This document shows positions 8,473 through 17,330 of a DNA stretch of 64,000 bases, in pieces (position 1 is the first letter of the stretch; each line of letters begins with the position of its first letter). The notes beneath the pieces were generated by a model. That model was not told where the DNA came from and did no database searches. It saw only the letters and a list, made by a program, of their open reading frames with translations. The translations under genes were made by a program, and so were the position numbers. Source of the DNA: a virus; the IMG/VR virus record IMGVR_UViG_3300034062_002027. One strand, 5' to 3'.

Positions 8473-8531
8473 CATTTCAGCGGTCAGCCCTACGGGGTTG
8501 ACCAGTGCAATGTCGCACTACTGGAGAGACC

Positions 8532-8726
8532 ATGCAAAAACTCATTGACCGCTATCGTGCCAACCCCACTGAAGCAAACGCCCGTGCCGTGCTGGCCTAC
8601 GACATCAAGCACCCCTTCTCTTCCCTGCTGTTGGACAAGAAAGACGTTGTCTTGCTGGCCCGCCTGTTGGTTACCGATTGGGCAACCGATAACTGGTTGC
8701 CGATTGAATCAATCGAGGGAGTCTGA
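8532..8726 (+). CDS. hypothetical early protein (64 aa)
   Basis: ATG at 8532 lies 4 nt after ACTGGAGAGACC. The track start at 8505 (GTG) is less likely. Confidence 0.55.
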   Translation: MQKLIDRYRANPTEANARAVLAYDIKHPFSSLLLDKKDVVLLARLLVTDWATDNWLPIESIEGV

Positions 8727-8728
8727 CC

Positions 8729-8899
8729 ATGACCAGAGCACAACGTGCAATCCACAACTTCAACTATTGGTTCAACTGGCACGGGCACTGGATGTACAGC
8801 ACAAAAGAGGCGGCATTCAAAACGTGGGTTGACCGAGGCATTATTGACTTGGATGACGCACCCGCTGGCATCGCTTTTGCCGACTTGACCACAGCATGA
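8729..8899 (+). CDS. hypothetical small protein (56 aa, below ORF-track cutoff)
   Basis: Hand translation MTRAQRAIHNFNYWFNWHGHWMYSTKEAAFKTWVDRGIIDLDDAPAGIAFADLTTA. GAGGGA RBS; the start is 2 nt after the previous stop. Confidence 0.45.
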   Translation: MTRAQRAIHNFNYWFNWHGHWMYSTKEAAFKTWVDRGIIDLDDAPAGIAFADLTTA

Positions 8900-8962
8900 C
8901 TGATGAGGCCTGACGGGCCGAAACCCCTGCGGGGGTCTCATGCAACTAACTGGAGAGACACC

Positions 8963-9265
8963 ATGTCCATCAATGCCGCCCATCTGCAAACCCTGAATGA
9001 AGCCGCTGGCCTGATCAAGCTTGAATTGGTCGCCGCCCAAAAGGCGTTTAACAAACTGCCCAACTCCACCAACTGGCAGGTGTGCCTTCGGGCCATGTTC
9101 TCCCACCAGCAGATCGACCATGCCGTCCGCTCCCACACCGTTGACCGAGCCAAGCTGGCCGTTGATCTGCACACAAGCGCCCGGGGCGAGTGGCAGAACA
9201 TCATATGCCGAGCCACTTTGGGCCTTGGCATTCGGGACTGCATTCAAGAGTTCGCCGTTTTCTAA
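8963..9265 (+). CDS. hypothetical early protein (100 aa)
   Basis: Internal ATG at 8963 follows ACTGGAGAGACACC. The track start at 8903 lacks an RBS. Confidence 0.55.
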   Translation: MSINAAHLQTLNEAAGLIKLELVAAQKAFNKLPNSTNWQVCLRAMFSHQQIDHAVRSHTVDRAKLAVDLHTSARGEWQNIICRATLGLGIRDCIQEFAVF

Positions 9266-9282
9266 TTCACTGGAGACCAACC

Positions 9283-9462
9283 ATGAACAACATCAACGCC
9301 CGTGATGCAAAACGCATCATCCGAGAACTGCGCCTGATCCTGTCAGCCACACCGATTGATGCCCTGCCCCATGTAGCCAAGGGGTTGGCTCAGTCCTACA
9401 ACCTGCCCCAGCGGGTCATGCTCAAGGCAATGGCCCGATTCACCCGTACCCAGCGCAACTGA
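9283..9462 (+). CDS. hypothetical early protein (59 aa)
   Basis: ATG at 9283 is preceded by CACTGGAGACCAACC. Confidence 0.5.
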   Translation: MNNINARDAKRIIRELRLILSATPIDALPHVAKGLAQSYNLPQRVMLKAMARFTRTQRN

Positions 9463-9531
9463 TTCCACCGTGATGCCCAGCGTGCTGGGTATTGCAGTGC
9501 AACCTGTTTAAACACCAACTGGAGAATGACC

Positions 9532-9738
9532 ATGAAATTTGTACACCACGACACGGGCGAATGGGTTCGCCACAACCACAACACTGCGGCAACACGCACA
9601 TCCAGCAGTGTCGTTGAATACGAAAACCTCAACGACATCGACAACAACTTTGTGCGGGACACCTTTGCATGGATGCTGGACAACGGCATGACTGTGACTA
9701 ACTGCGGCTCCAGCGTGTTTCAAATTCGCACCGCTTGA
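9532..9738 (+). CDS. hypothetical early protein (68 aa)
   Basis: ATG at 9532 (or 9526) follows AACTGGAGA. Confidence 0.5.
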   Translation: MKFVHHDTGEWVRHNHNTAATRTSSSVVEYENLNDIDNNFVRDTFAWMLDNGMTVTNCGSSVFQIRTA

Positions 9739-9785
9739 CCCCTTCCATTTAAACAAGATACAATCACTAGCACTGGAGAATTGAT

Positions 9786-10364
9786 ATGACTACAACCAAC
9801 CGTGAAGACTGGCTTTCAGCCGCCGTGAGTGAACTGCGCCCCTTCTTCGATGCAGTGGGTGCGCCCCTGCCAGCGAACGTTCGTGTGACCTGTGGTTTCC
9901 CGTCCAACGCCAAGCGCTCGGGTGCGATTGGTGAATGCTGGGCAGACACTGCCTCCGCTGATCAGACCTTTGAGGTTTTGATCAGCCCTGTGCTGGATGA
10001 CCCCTTGCGGGTGTTCGATGTGCTGGTGCATGAGTTGTGCCATGCCACTGCTGGGGCAATGAACCACGGTGTCAACTTCCAAAAGGTTGCCGCCTTGATG
10101 CACCTTGTGCCGAGCGCTGGCCCCAAGGGCTGGAAAGCCACTGGCCCGTCAGCCTCATTCATCCCTACATTCGGGTCAATCATTGACTCGCTGGGCTCAT
10201 ACCCTCATGCCGCCCTGACCATGTCCAACCGCAAGGTGCAGACCACAAGGATGCTCAAAGCAGTGTGCCCGTCCTGTGGGTACACCGTGCGCCTCACCTC
10301 TAAGTGGGCGGCCCTTGGCCTCCCTTCCTGCCCCGTCGATTCCGACACCCTCAACCTCGCTTAA
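9786..10364 (+). CDS. SprT-like zinc metalloprotease-domain protein with C-terminal zinc ribbon
   Basis: HExxH motif (VLVHELCHATAG) and C-terminal CPSCGYTVRLTSKW...SCP. CTGGAGA RBS. Confidence 0.6.
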   Translation: MTTTNREDWLSAAVSELRPFFDAVGAPLPANVRVTCGFPSNAKRSGAIGECWADTASADQTFEVLISPVLDDPLRVFDVLVHELCHATAGAMNHGVNFQKVAALMHLVPSAGPKGWKATGPSASFIPTFGSIIDSLGSYPHAALTMSNRKVQTTRMLKAVCPSCGYTVRLTSKWAALGLPSCPVDSDTLNLA

Positions 10365-10377
10365 TTGGAGACCTGCC

Positions 10378-11841
10378 ATGACTGACCTGCAACTCAAAAT
10401 CAAAATCTTGGAATTGCCCATCGCAGTGGTGCTGGGTGCTCATGCCCAGTATGGGCGGGGCACTTTTTCGGGCACACCGTCCGAGCAAAAGTCCAAGGCC
10501 GCTGATTACCTGATCTCTTGCATTCGGGCCAACAACCTGACCCTTGATGAAATCAGGAACGCCACACCCGTGAAGCCCGTGTCCACATCCGCTCCATCGG
10601 TGGATGTGTCTGCCATCACCGCCGTTGCCAACCGTGCCGAGGCGTCTGCCCTTGATGCCCACTCCAGCCTGAGTGCCTTGCGACTCACCCTGCGGGATGT
10701 GGAGAGCCAACTCACCTGTGAGATCAGAGACCGCCGTGATGACATCCTTGATGTCAAAGATGCCCTCGACAAGATGGCCTTCCAAGTCGGACAGGTTTCC
10801 ATTGATGACCGTAAGGTTCAAGATGCCGTTGCCAAGGTGGTCGCTGATGCGTTTAAACCCTTTGAGCAAGCCGTGAAAGCCGCCGGGGCTCAGGCTGTAG
10901 TCGCAGACCTTGCATCTGTCCAAGTGGTGGATGTCAAAACCTGCTATGACGCTTTTGGTGTCGATGTGGTGGATACCAAGGGAAACCCCCTGAACGTGAG
11001 CATCTGGAATGACCCGTCTGCCCCTGCGGTTGACCCTCACTTCATCTGGACTGATGACATTCTCCAGCACCTGATCTTGTCTCAGGACTCGGGTGAGTCG
11101 GTCTGGTTCGGTGGGCCAAAGGGTACAGGTAAATCCGAGACCGCCCGTCAGTTTGCCGCCGTTACGGGCCGTGCGTTTAAACGCATCAACTTCCACAAGT
11201 ACACCAGCGCCGAGGATTACATCGGTGCGGTGGGTTTGGAAAACGGGCAGACCGTGTTCAAGCGAGGCGACTTCCTCGCCGCCTTTACGCACCCCTCGAC
11301 CGTCATCCTGTTGGATGAGGTGACCAACGCTGACCCCGGTGAACTGGCCCCGTTGAACGGCTTTTTGGAGCCCAACAGCGCCGTGTCATTCGGTGGGTCT
11401 GTCCAGACCCGTGCCCCCGGTGTGCTGGTGTTTGCCGCTGACAACACGCTGGGCAATGGTGACGATACAGGCCGCTACGCTGGCACACGCCAGATGAACA
11501 GCGCCCTTGTTGACCGCTTCGCCCGTGTGGTGCAGTTTGACTACCTGCCCCTAGCCTCTGAGGTGGAAGCCTTGGTGCGTCACACTGGATGCAACCCCAA
11601 GCTTGCCCTGCACATCCTTGAGGCTGTCCATGTGGCTCGGCGTCAGGTGCTGACAGGCGAGGTGATAGATGCTCCCTCCATTCGGTCGGTGATCGCCTTC
11701 ATTCGTGCCTTGCGTGTCTTGCCTGTAGACAAGGCATGGGCGACAACCATTGCCGCCCGTCAACCAGCCGAGTCCCTTCCGGGCTTGTCTGCTATCTATG
11801 CGTCTTGCATCTGCGAGACAACAATCAACAACTACTTGTGA
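10378..11841 (+). CDS. AAA+ ATPase, MoxR/CobS-like (AAA_5 type)
   Basis: Walker A GGPKGTGKSE and Walker B VILLDEVTNA, then LVFAADNT...NSALVDRFARVV. The start at 10378 follows TTGGAGACC; the track start at 10276 would overlap the upstream gene. Confidence 0.8.
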   Translation: MTDLQLKIKILELPIAVVLGAHAQYGRGTFSGTPSEQKSKAADYLISCIRANNLTLDEIRNATPVKPVSTSAPSVDVSAITAVANRAEASALDAHSSLSALRLTLRDVESQLTCEIRDRRDDILDVKDALDKMAFQVGQVSIDDRKVQDAVAKVVADAFKPFEQAVKAAGAQAVVADLASVQVVDVKTCYDAFGVDVVDTKGNPLNVSIWNDPSAPAVDPHFIWTDDILQHLILSQDSGESVWFGGPKGTGKSETARQFAAVTGRAFKRINFHKYTSAEDYIGAVGLENGQTVFKRGDFLAAFTHPSTVILLDEVTNADPGELAPLNGFLEPNSAVSFGGSVQTRAPGVLVFAADNTLGNGDDTGRYAGTRQMNSALVDRFARVVQFDYLPLASEVEALVRHTGCNPKLALHILEAVHVARRQVLTGEVIDAPSIRSVIAFIRALRVLPVDKAWATTIAARQPAESLPGLSAIYASCICETTINNYL

Positions 11842-11848
11842 GGTTCCC

Positions 11849-13462
11849 ATGAACATCGAAACCATCCTGACCCGCCCCTCTGTGCGTGGTCTTGAATTCC
11901 GTCTCGGCCTTGAAGCCTACGCCCACAAGGTGGGGTCTGCCCTTGGCCTGTCCCGTGTGCGTGTCCTCTGGAGGGCAGATGTCCAGACTGCTGGCATCAA
12001 TGCCAACGGCGACCTGTACTTGGCGGGTGTGCCTGATGATGCCAAGGTGAGCCGCGCCTTGGTGGTCAAGTACGCCGCCTATGTGGTGCATGAGTTGTTG
12101 CACCACAAGTACACCGACTTTGATGTCATGTCCCCTGAACAGTACATTCGCACCCTGCACAATGCGGTGGAGGATGGCTGGATTGAGAACACCGGGATTG
12201 CCTCTGGCTTGCTGGGTAACATCGGCCCCCTGCTGGGTGAGATGATCGACACCATGACCCGTGAGGCTTTGGCGACCGTCAAGGATTGGAACGATCCCCG
12301 CCAGTACCCCTACATCCTCGCTGTGCATTGCCGTAAACACGCCACTGTCAAGTGCCCCACCAACCCCAAGTTGACCGCCATCTTCGATGAGGCCGCACGT
12401 TGGTGCTTGACTGCAAAGGACAGCAACCAGACCCTCGCAATTGCCGAGTGGGTTTATGAGCAGATCAAGCAAGCCAGCAAGGATGAGCCCAAGGGTGATG
12501 GCAAGAAAGACAAGGACAAGGACGGCAAGGACGGCCCAAGCAAGCCCTCAGACGGGCCTACAAGCCCCGATCAGCCCGAGGGTGAGGACAAGGGTGCAGA
12601 CAAGGCCGATAAGGGCTCTGACGGCCCCGCTGGCCCCGTGCAATCACCCGAGGGTGTCGAGGCCGACCCCGTGGAGCCCAAGCTTGGCGAGGGTGGCATT
12701 GCTGGCGCTTACTCCACTGACGTTTCACTCAGGGATGAGCGCTTCCACCTGTCCAGCCGCACCATCCCTGACTTGGTCAACGCACCCGTCCCTGCCAAGC
12801 TTCGCTATGAAGTTAAGCGCCTGTTTGATGACTCGGGTCTGTCTGACTTCACCCGCAACCGCAAGGCCGGGGTTGTCAACATCCATGCCCTGCCAACAGT
12901 GGCCACTGGCAACGACCGTGTGTTTAAACGCCGCCTTGAGGTGGAGGGCATTGACTCTGCGGTGGTGATCTGCCTTGATGTCTCGGGCTCCATGTTTGAG
13001 GTGGAGTCTTGGAGACCAAAGCCCCTGATCGGCCCCGCTGTTCAGGCTTGCCGTGCCCTGCTGGAGACGCTGGATGCGGCTGGGGTCAAGACTGCAGTGC
13101 TGTGCTTTGGTGGGCAGATTTCAGTGCCCAAGGGCTTCAACAAGAACGTCAAACAGGCAAGCACCCTGCTGGGCACGGTACAGGCTGGCGGTGGTACGAA
13201 CGACTACGCCGCCCTGCGCTACGCCCACCAGATGCTGGCCCAGCGCCCCGAGCGCCGCAAGATCGCCTTTGTGATCACTGACGGGTACGGCAAGCCTGAT
13301 GCTGTGAAACAGCAAGTCGCATCGGGTAAAGCCTTGGGTGTGACAACCATCGGCATCGGCATCGGTGCTGATGTGTCGTGGATATACGGGCAAGCAGTGA
13401 CTGTCCGGGACATTGCCGACCTCGGCAACGCAAGCTTCAAGCAGATCAAGCTTGCGGCATAA
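11849..13462 (+). CDS. VWA-domain protein, CobT-like, with N-terminal HExxH motif
   Basis: MIDAS-like motifs VICLDVSGSM...GGTNDYAAL...FVITDGYG. The N-terminal region has VVHELLHHKYTD, and the central linker is K/D/G/P-rich. The ATG at 11849 lies 7 nt after the AAA+ stop. Confidence 0.75.
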   Translation: MNIETILTRPSVRGLEFRLGLEAYAHKVGSALGLSRVRVLWRADVQTAGINANGDLYLAGVPDDAKVSRALVVKYAAYVVHELLHHKYTDFDVMSPEQYIRTLHNAVEDGWIENTGIASGLLGNIGPLLGEMIDTMTREALATVKDWNDPRQYPYILAVHCRKHATVKCPTNPKLTAIFDEAARWCLTAKDSNQTLAIAEWVYEQIKQASKDEPKGDGKKDKDKDGKDGPSKPSDGPTSPDQPEGEDKGADKADKGSDGPAGPVQSPEGVEADPVEPKLGEGGIAGAYSTDVSLRDERFHLSSRTIPDLVNAPVPAKLRYEVKRLFDDSGLSDFTRNRKAGVVNIHALPTVATGNDRVFKRRLEVEGIDSAVVICLDVSGSMFEVESWRPKPLIGPAVQACRALLETLDAAGVKTAVLCFGGQISVPKGFNKNVKQASTLLGTVQAGGGTNDYAALRYAHQMLAQRPERRKIAFVITDGYGKPDAVKQQVASGKALGVTTIGIGIGADVSWIYGQAVTVRDIADLGNASFKQIKLAA

Positions 13463-13500
13463 ACCAACCGCCCCTTCGGGGGCTTTCAAGGAGAATTGAA

Positions 13501-13680
13501 ATGAACGCAGAACATGAATGGCACATTGAGTTGGACTACATCCTGAGCAAGGTGCGCTACGCCAAAGAGATTCTCGGTGAGGGCGGTCTCGACTGCGCCT
13601 ACCGAGCCAACAAGGAACTGGAGCCTGTGCTGTTTAGGCTTCAAGAACTGTGCGAGATAACCAAAGGAGAGACAGCATGA
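13501..13680 (+). CDS. hypothetical protein (59 aa)
   Basis: AAGGAGA RBS before ATG 13501. The stop overlaps the next start (ATGA). Confidence 0.5.
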   Translation: MNAEHEWHIELDYILSKVRYAKEILGEGGLDCAYRANKELEPVLFRLQELCEITKGETA

Positions 13681-14432
13681 AGACATTCACACCAGACTGG
13701 ATTGCATGGATCAAGACCAACGTGGAGGCTGGTGTAAACAAGGATGCCATCTTCAAGATACTGCTGGACGCTGGTCATGCTCACGACTACATCCAAAAGG
13801 AGATGGGCTACACACCCAGCCTTTGGCTTGGAGTGTCAGACAACCCTCGCAGGGCATTGCATGAATTCCTTCCGAACTACACCCGCACAGGCTTTACAAA
13901 GCTTCCAGCCCCGACCCTTTTGTTTCGCAAGATACTGGAGTTTTATCGTGTGGGGCTGGAGTCTCAAAAGGACGAGTTTGTGGAGGGGGAGTTCATTGTC
14001 AACCCCTCCACGCCGAGCCGAGCGCCCAGCACCCTGATTGACCTGCCTGATGAACTGCGCACAGAGATACACGACACCCTCAAGCCACTGATTGAGGCGT
14101 GGTGCGGCCTGTCTGTTGAGCCGTCCTATGTGTACGGGATTCGCCTGTACAGGGACAAGGCCGTACTCAAGCCGCACCGTGACCGCATTGAGACCCACAT
14201 CTTTGGGGTCATCTTGAACGTTGACCAGAACGTAAGGGAGGACTGGCTTTTGATGATTGAGGATCATGCGTACAACGAGCATCAAATCACCCTCAAGCCG
14301 GGGGAGATGTTGTTCTACGAGAGCGCCCGTTTAAAGCATGGCAGACCAATCCCGCTCGAGGGTAGCGTCTTCGCCAATATCTTTTCCCATTTCACACCCA
14401 CTGGTTACATACCGCCAAAGGAGACAACATGA
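13677..14432 (+). CDS. 2OG-Fe(II) oxygenase, prolyl-4-hydroxylase-like
   Basis: HxD...H facial triad candidates (KPHRDRIETH ... ARLKHGRP) in a jelly-roll-sized C-terminal half. 4-nt overlap with the upstream gene. Confidence 0.65.
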   Translation: MKTFTPDWIAWIKTNVEAGVNKDAIFKILLDAGHAHDYIQKEMGYTPSLWLGVSDNPRRALHEFLPNYTRTGFTKLPAPTLLFRKILEFYRVGLESQKDEFVEGEFIVNPSTPSRAPSTLIDLPDELRTEIHDTLKPLIEAWCGLSVEPSYVYGIRLYRDKAVLKPHRDRIETHIFGVILNVDQNVREDWLLMIEDHAYNEHQITLKPGEMLFYESARLKHGRPIPLEGSVFANIFSHFTPTGYIPPKETT

Positions 14433-14548
14433 GACATGACCCGTTTGAATTCCACGGACTTACCCGTGCCGAGCGATGGTGGCGAATCGTTTTCTTGGTG
14501 GCCCTCATCGCCGTGCTGGGCCTTGATGTTTTTTACTGGAGACCCTGA
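14429..14548 (+). CDS. small membrane peptide (39 aa, below ORF-track cutoff)
   Basis: Hand translation MRHDPFEFHGLTRAERWWRIVFLVALIAVLGLDVFYWRP contains one hydrophobic helix. Strong AAAGGAGA RBS, and overlaps on both sides (ATGA, TGATG). Confidence 0.5.
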   Translation: MRHDPFEFHGLTRAERWWRIVFLVALIAVLGLDVFYWRP

Positions 14549-14781
14549 TGACCGTAGAGCAGGTGACAGATGATGACTTGTTTAAACGCATGAGCAGTGC
14601 GTACGACCAAGTGGTGGCGGTGCTTGATGCGCACAAACTTGACAGGGATGAGGGCTTTTCCTTGATGGCGCAGATTCTCTGCCAGTTGTCGCATGACAAC
14701 CGTGAGGACTTTATATGGAAGATGGACAAGTTTTACAGCATGGAGCGCTTTTTGCGCCCACAACCAACGGAGGTGCATTGA
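14548..14781 (+). CDS. hypothetical protein (77 aa)
   Basis: ORF-track ORF with a CTGGAGACC RBS, coupled to its neighbours. Confidence 0.55.
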   Translation: MTVEQVTDDDLFKRMSSAYDQVVAVLDAHKLDRDEGFSLMAQILCQLSHDNREDFIWKMDKFYSMERFLRPQPTEVH

Positions 14782-15011
14782 TGATAGAACTGATTCAAAA
14801 ACTGCGTGACGAGCATCTTAAGGTCACGATCCACGACATTGGCGAGGACAAGCCCGTGTTTGCTCTGGCTGTTGTGATTGACGAGCCTTTAGACGTTTGG
14901 TATGTGGCATTTGCGATAGGGTATGGGTTCACGCCTAAAATTATCGGCAAACTGCTGGTGTTCCCGCAATTGGTGGTGGACGTAAAGACCTACGACTTCA
15001 TCTGTGCGTAA
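14781..15011 (+). CDS. hypothetical protein (76 aa)
   Basis: Internal ATG at 14781 overlaps the previous stop (TGATGA). Confidence 0.5.
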   Translation: MIELIQKLRDEHLKVTIHDIGEDKPVFALAVVIDEPLDVWYVAFAIGYGFTPKIIGKLLVFPQLVVDVKTYDFICA

Positions 15012-15237
15012 GGTCTCGACCCTGATTGACCCCTGCCCTCACTTTGCCCGACAGGCCTTGAAATACTCCCACCTTCTGGAGATCACCAATGACACAACTA
15101 ACGTCAAGCGAAACGAGCGGTTCATCAGGTACAACCCAACCCGGCAGGTCTGGTGCGTTTACACGCAATCAACGACTCCCCAAATCTACGGGAGATATAC
15201 CAACGTGATGAGCGCCGTGTTTCATGCGCTCAAATGA
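15004..15237 (+). CDS. hypothetical protein (77 aa), GTG start uncertain
   Basis: Last ORF before the strong terminator. No clear RBS. Confidence 0.35.
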   Translation: MRKVSTLIDPCPHFARQALKYSHLLEITNDTTNVKRNERFIRYNPTRQVWCVYTQSTTPQIYGRYTNVMSAVFHALK

Positions 15238-15239
15238 AA

Positions 15240-15277
15240 GGGGGGAGAAGTTTCGGCTTCTCCCCCCTGTTTTTTTT
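15240..15277. terminator. rho-independent terminator at the convergence of blocks B and C
   Basis: 11-bp perfect stem GGGGGGAGAAG/CTTCTCCCCCC with a 6-nt loop, followed by T8 on the plus strand. Weaker T-run on the minus strand. Confidence 0.8.
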
Positions 15278-15289
15278 CGTCTGTACTTT

Positions 15290-16984
15290 TCAGAAATTGT
15301 CCAGATTCTCCGAGTACGTCCCTGCGGTCTTGTTGAAGATCAGGGTTGTCTCGCCTTGAGTGCCTACCCAGCGGTAGCGACTCTTCCAGACTGCCAACTC
15401 CGTGTAGGTGTCCTTGCGGTGTATCGTAATGCCGCAGTCTGTCTTCGCCCACCATGCCATCGACCCACTGATTGACATCCCGTCTGGACGGGGTTGCTCA
15501 ACACCAGAGCGGTTGATCTTGCTTGGATGGGCGACAAACCATGTGTGAACGTCATGTGCCATGCAGAACTTCTTGACCCGTGTCAGCATATCGCTGATGG
15601 CATTGGTCTCGGTCTTGTCCTTGCCTTCCATCTCAATGTAGTTGTACGGGTCAATCACCAGACCCCTCACCCCCATTCTCTTGACCGCCGCCTTGGCCCT
15701 TGTGAGGATTGAGTCCAAGGTGCTGGGCTCTTCGCCGTTGGTGTCGATGAAAAGGAAGTGGTCATTCACCCAGTTAAACGCATCCTTCTTCACCTGATCG
15801 GACATCCTGTCCCGGCCCTCATAGAACGATTGGTGGCTGTACAACTCCATCAGGCGGGTGATGTGGACTTCGGGTTGATTCTCAAAGGAGCAGATCGCAA
15901 ACTTCCAATCGGATGATCTTGCGAGGTTGACCATCAACTGATCAACAAAGTTGGACTTGCCTGATGACGGGTAACCTGTGACCACCGTCAACTGCCCCGG
16001 CGCTACGGTGTAAATGTTGTCCACCGATGGGTAGCCAGTGCTGAACCCCTTGCCCGTACCCTTGTTGTACAGGTCGTTGATCTTGTCAAAAAATGTTGAT
16101 GCTTCTGAAATGCCGTTGATGGGATAGGCTTCTGCGCCTTCGATGATTTTGTTTAAACGTTCCTTCGGGCCGTCGTCAGCCGTCGGGTCGTCGTCCATCC
16201 ATGCTTCGTTTAAATCCTTCCATGCAAACTTGGCGAGTCGGCATTTCTCTTTTCCGATGCGTCTTGCCAGTTCCTCTGCAAGAGCCTGTCCCGGCCCGTC
16301 CTGATCGGTGGCGAGGACAACGTAGGGGGCGGCATCGATGATCTCTCTGGCGTTCCACACAAAGGCAAACTTCTTGTCTTCGGTCGGCAGCACTTTGCCA
16401 TCTGCGACCTTGACGGGAGCGCCGCCCGGAACACTGACCACATTGTTTAAACCTGCTTCGATGGCGGTCAAACAATCCATCTCTCCTTCGACAATGATGA
16501 TCGGTTCACCCTTGACCACCTGATCGATCCCAAAGAAATCGTGGGCTCCACCTGCGTCCTGTGTGAAGTCCTTCGCTTCGATACTTCGGTACTTTGCCGA
16601 GACGAGCGCCCCGCCTCTGTAATAGGGGAACCCAACTGCCTGTGTGGGTTTGCTGAGACGGGAGAAAAACTTTTCTGCTGAGAACAACCGCATCCTGTCT
16701 GCGGTTTCTTTTGAGATGCCCCGAGACTTGAGCCAGTCGTAGTGGGGAGGTGATAGTTTGTTGCTGGTTATCGTTGGTGACGGGACGGCGGTCAATTTAA
16801 ACTCCTTGGGTTGCACCGATCCTGATGCAGAGCAGTGATGGCAGTGGTAGACAACGGCCCCGTCCGTCTTGCGGGTCAGCGTCATGTCTTTGATGTTTTG
16901 TTTTCTGCGGTCTGGAGAACAGAACGGGCAGATCACTCGGGTTGTTTCGTTGAAGTACGTCTCTTGGACGAGGGCTTCAATCAT
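15290..16984 (-). CDS. bifunctional DNA primase/helicase (T7 gp4/Twinkle-like)
   Basis: N-terminal Cys4 zinc finger (CPFCSPD...CHHCSASG), TOPRIM (IIIVEGEMDCLTAIEAG, VSVPGGAP), and DnaB-like Walker A GYPSSGKSNF with LVIDPYN. Confidence 0.85.
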   Translation of the reverse strand: MIEALVQETYFNETTRVICPFCSPDRRKQNIKDMTLTRKTDGAVVYHCHHCSASGSVQPKEFKLTAVPSPTITSNKLSPPHYDWLKSRGISKETADRMRLFSAEKFFSRLSKPTQAVGFPYYRGGALVSAKYRSIEAKDFTQDAGGAHDFFGIDQVVKGEPIIIVEGEMDCLTAIEAGLNNVVSVPGGAPVKVADGKVLPTEDKKFAFVWNAREIIDAAPYVVLATDQDGPGQALAEELARRIGKEKCRLAKFAWKDLNEAWMDDDPTADDGPKERLNKIIEGAEAYPINGISEASTFFDKINDLYNKGTGKGFSTGYPSVDNIYTVAPGQLTVVTGYPSSGKSNFVDQLMVNLARSSDWKFAICSFENQPEVHITRLMELYSHQSFYEGRDRMSDQVKKDAFNWVNDHFLFIDTNGEEPSTLDSILTRAKAAVKRMGVRGLVIDPYNYIEMEGKDKTETNAISDMLTRVKKFCMAHDVHTWFVAHPSKINRSGVEQPRPDGMSISGSMAWWAKTDCGITIHRKDTYTELAVWKSRYRWVGTQGETTLIFNKTAGTYSENLDNF

Positions 16985-17229
16985 TTCATAGCCCCTGAGC
17001 TTGTGCGTTTAAACGAGCGGTTGGCTGACGCGGGCTTGGCCACGATGTTGCTGCGGGTTGTTGTGCCACCTTTCGAGAGGGGCCGCTTGTGGTCTACGTC
17101 CTTGCCGTCACCCTTTTGGACAACCCCTTCACGCTCCAACATTCTTCGGGCCTTGTTTCTCTGCGCTCTTTTCTTTTTTACTTCGGGTGTGCCGTCATAG
17201 TTGGCATACTCGGCTTTGTAATCTCTCAT
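16981..17229 (-). CDS. small basic protein with HNH-like motif (82 aa)
   Basis: MRDYKAEYANYDGTPEVKKKRAQRNKARR...GDGKDVDHKRPLSKGG. The start at 17229 has a CAGGAGAAG RBS. The longer track ORF is unlikely. Confidence 0.5.
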   Translation of the reverse strand: MRDYKAEYANYDGTPEVKKKRAQRNKARRMLEREGVVQKGDGKDVDHKRPLSKGGTTTRSNIVAKPASANRSFKRTSSGAMK

Positions 17230-17330
17230 GGCTTCTCCTGTTCGAGAGGGGCGGGGTACTCGCTGCGTCTGTGCTTGCTGTATTCCCAGCAAAACTGGGC
17301 AGGGCACAGCATCCGCTTTCCCCCGATTAA

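Noticed and set aside
7788-8475. Minus-strand ORFs of 101 and 136 aa in the divergent control region.
   Set aside because: They have no RBS and odd composition. They run against both flanking operons and cover the hairpin/SD cassette and the first early gene. I treat the region as regulatory.
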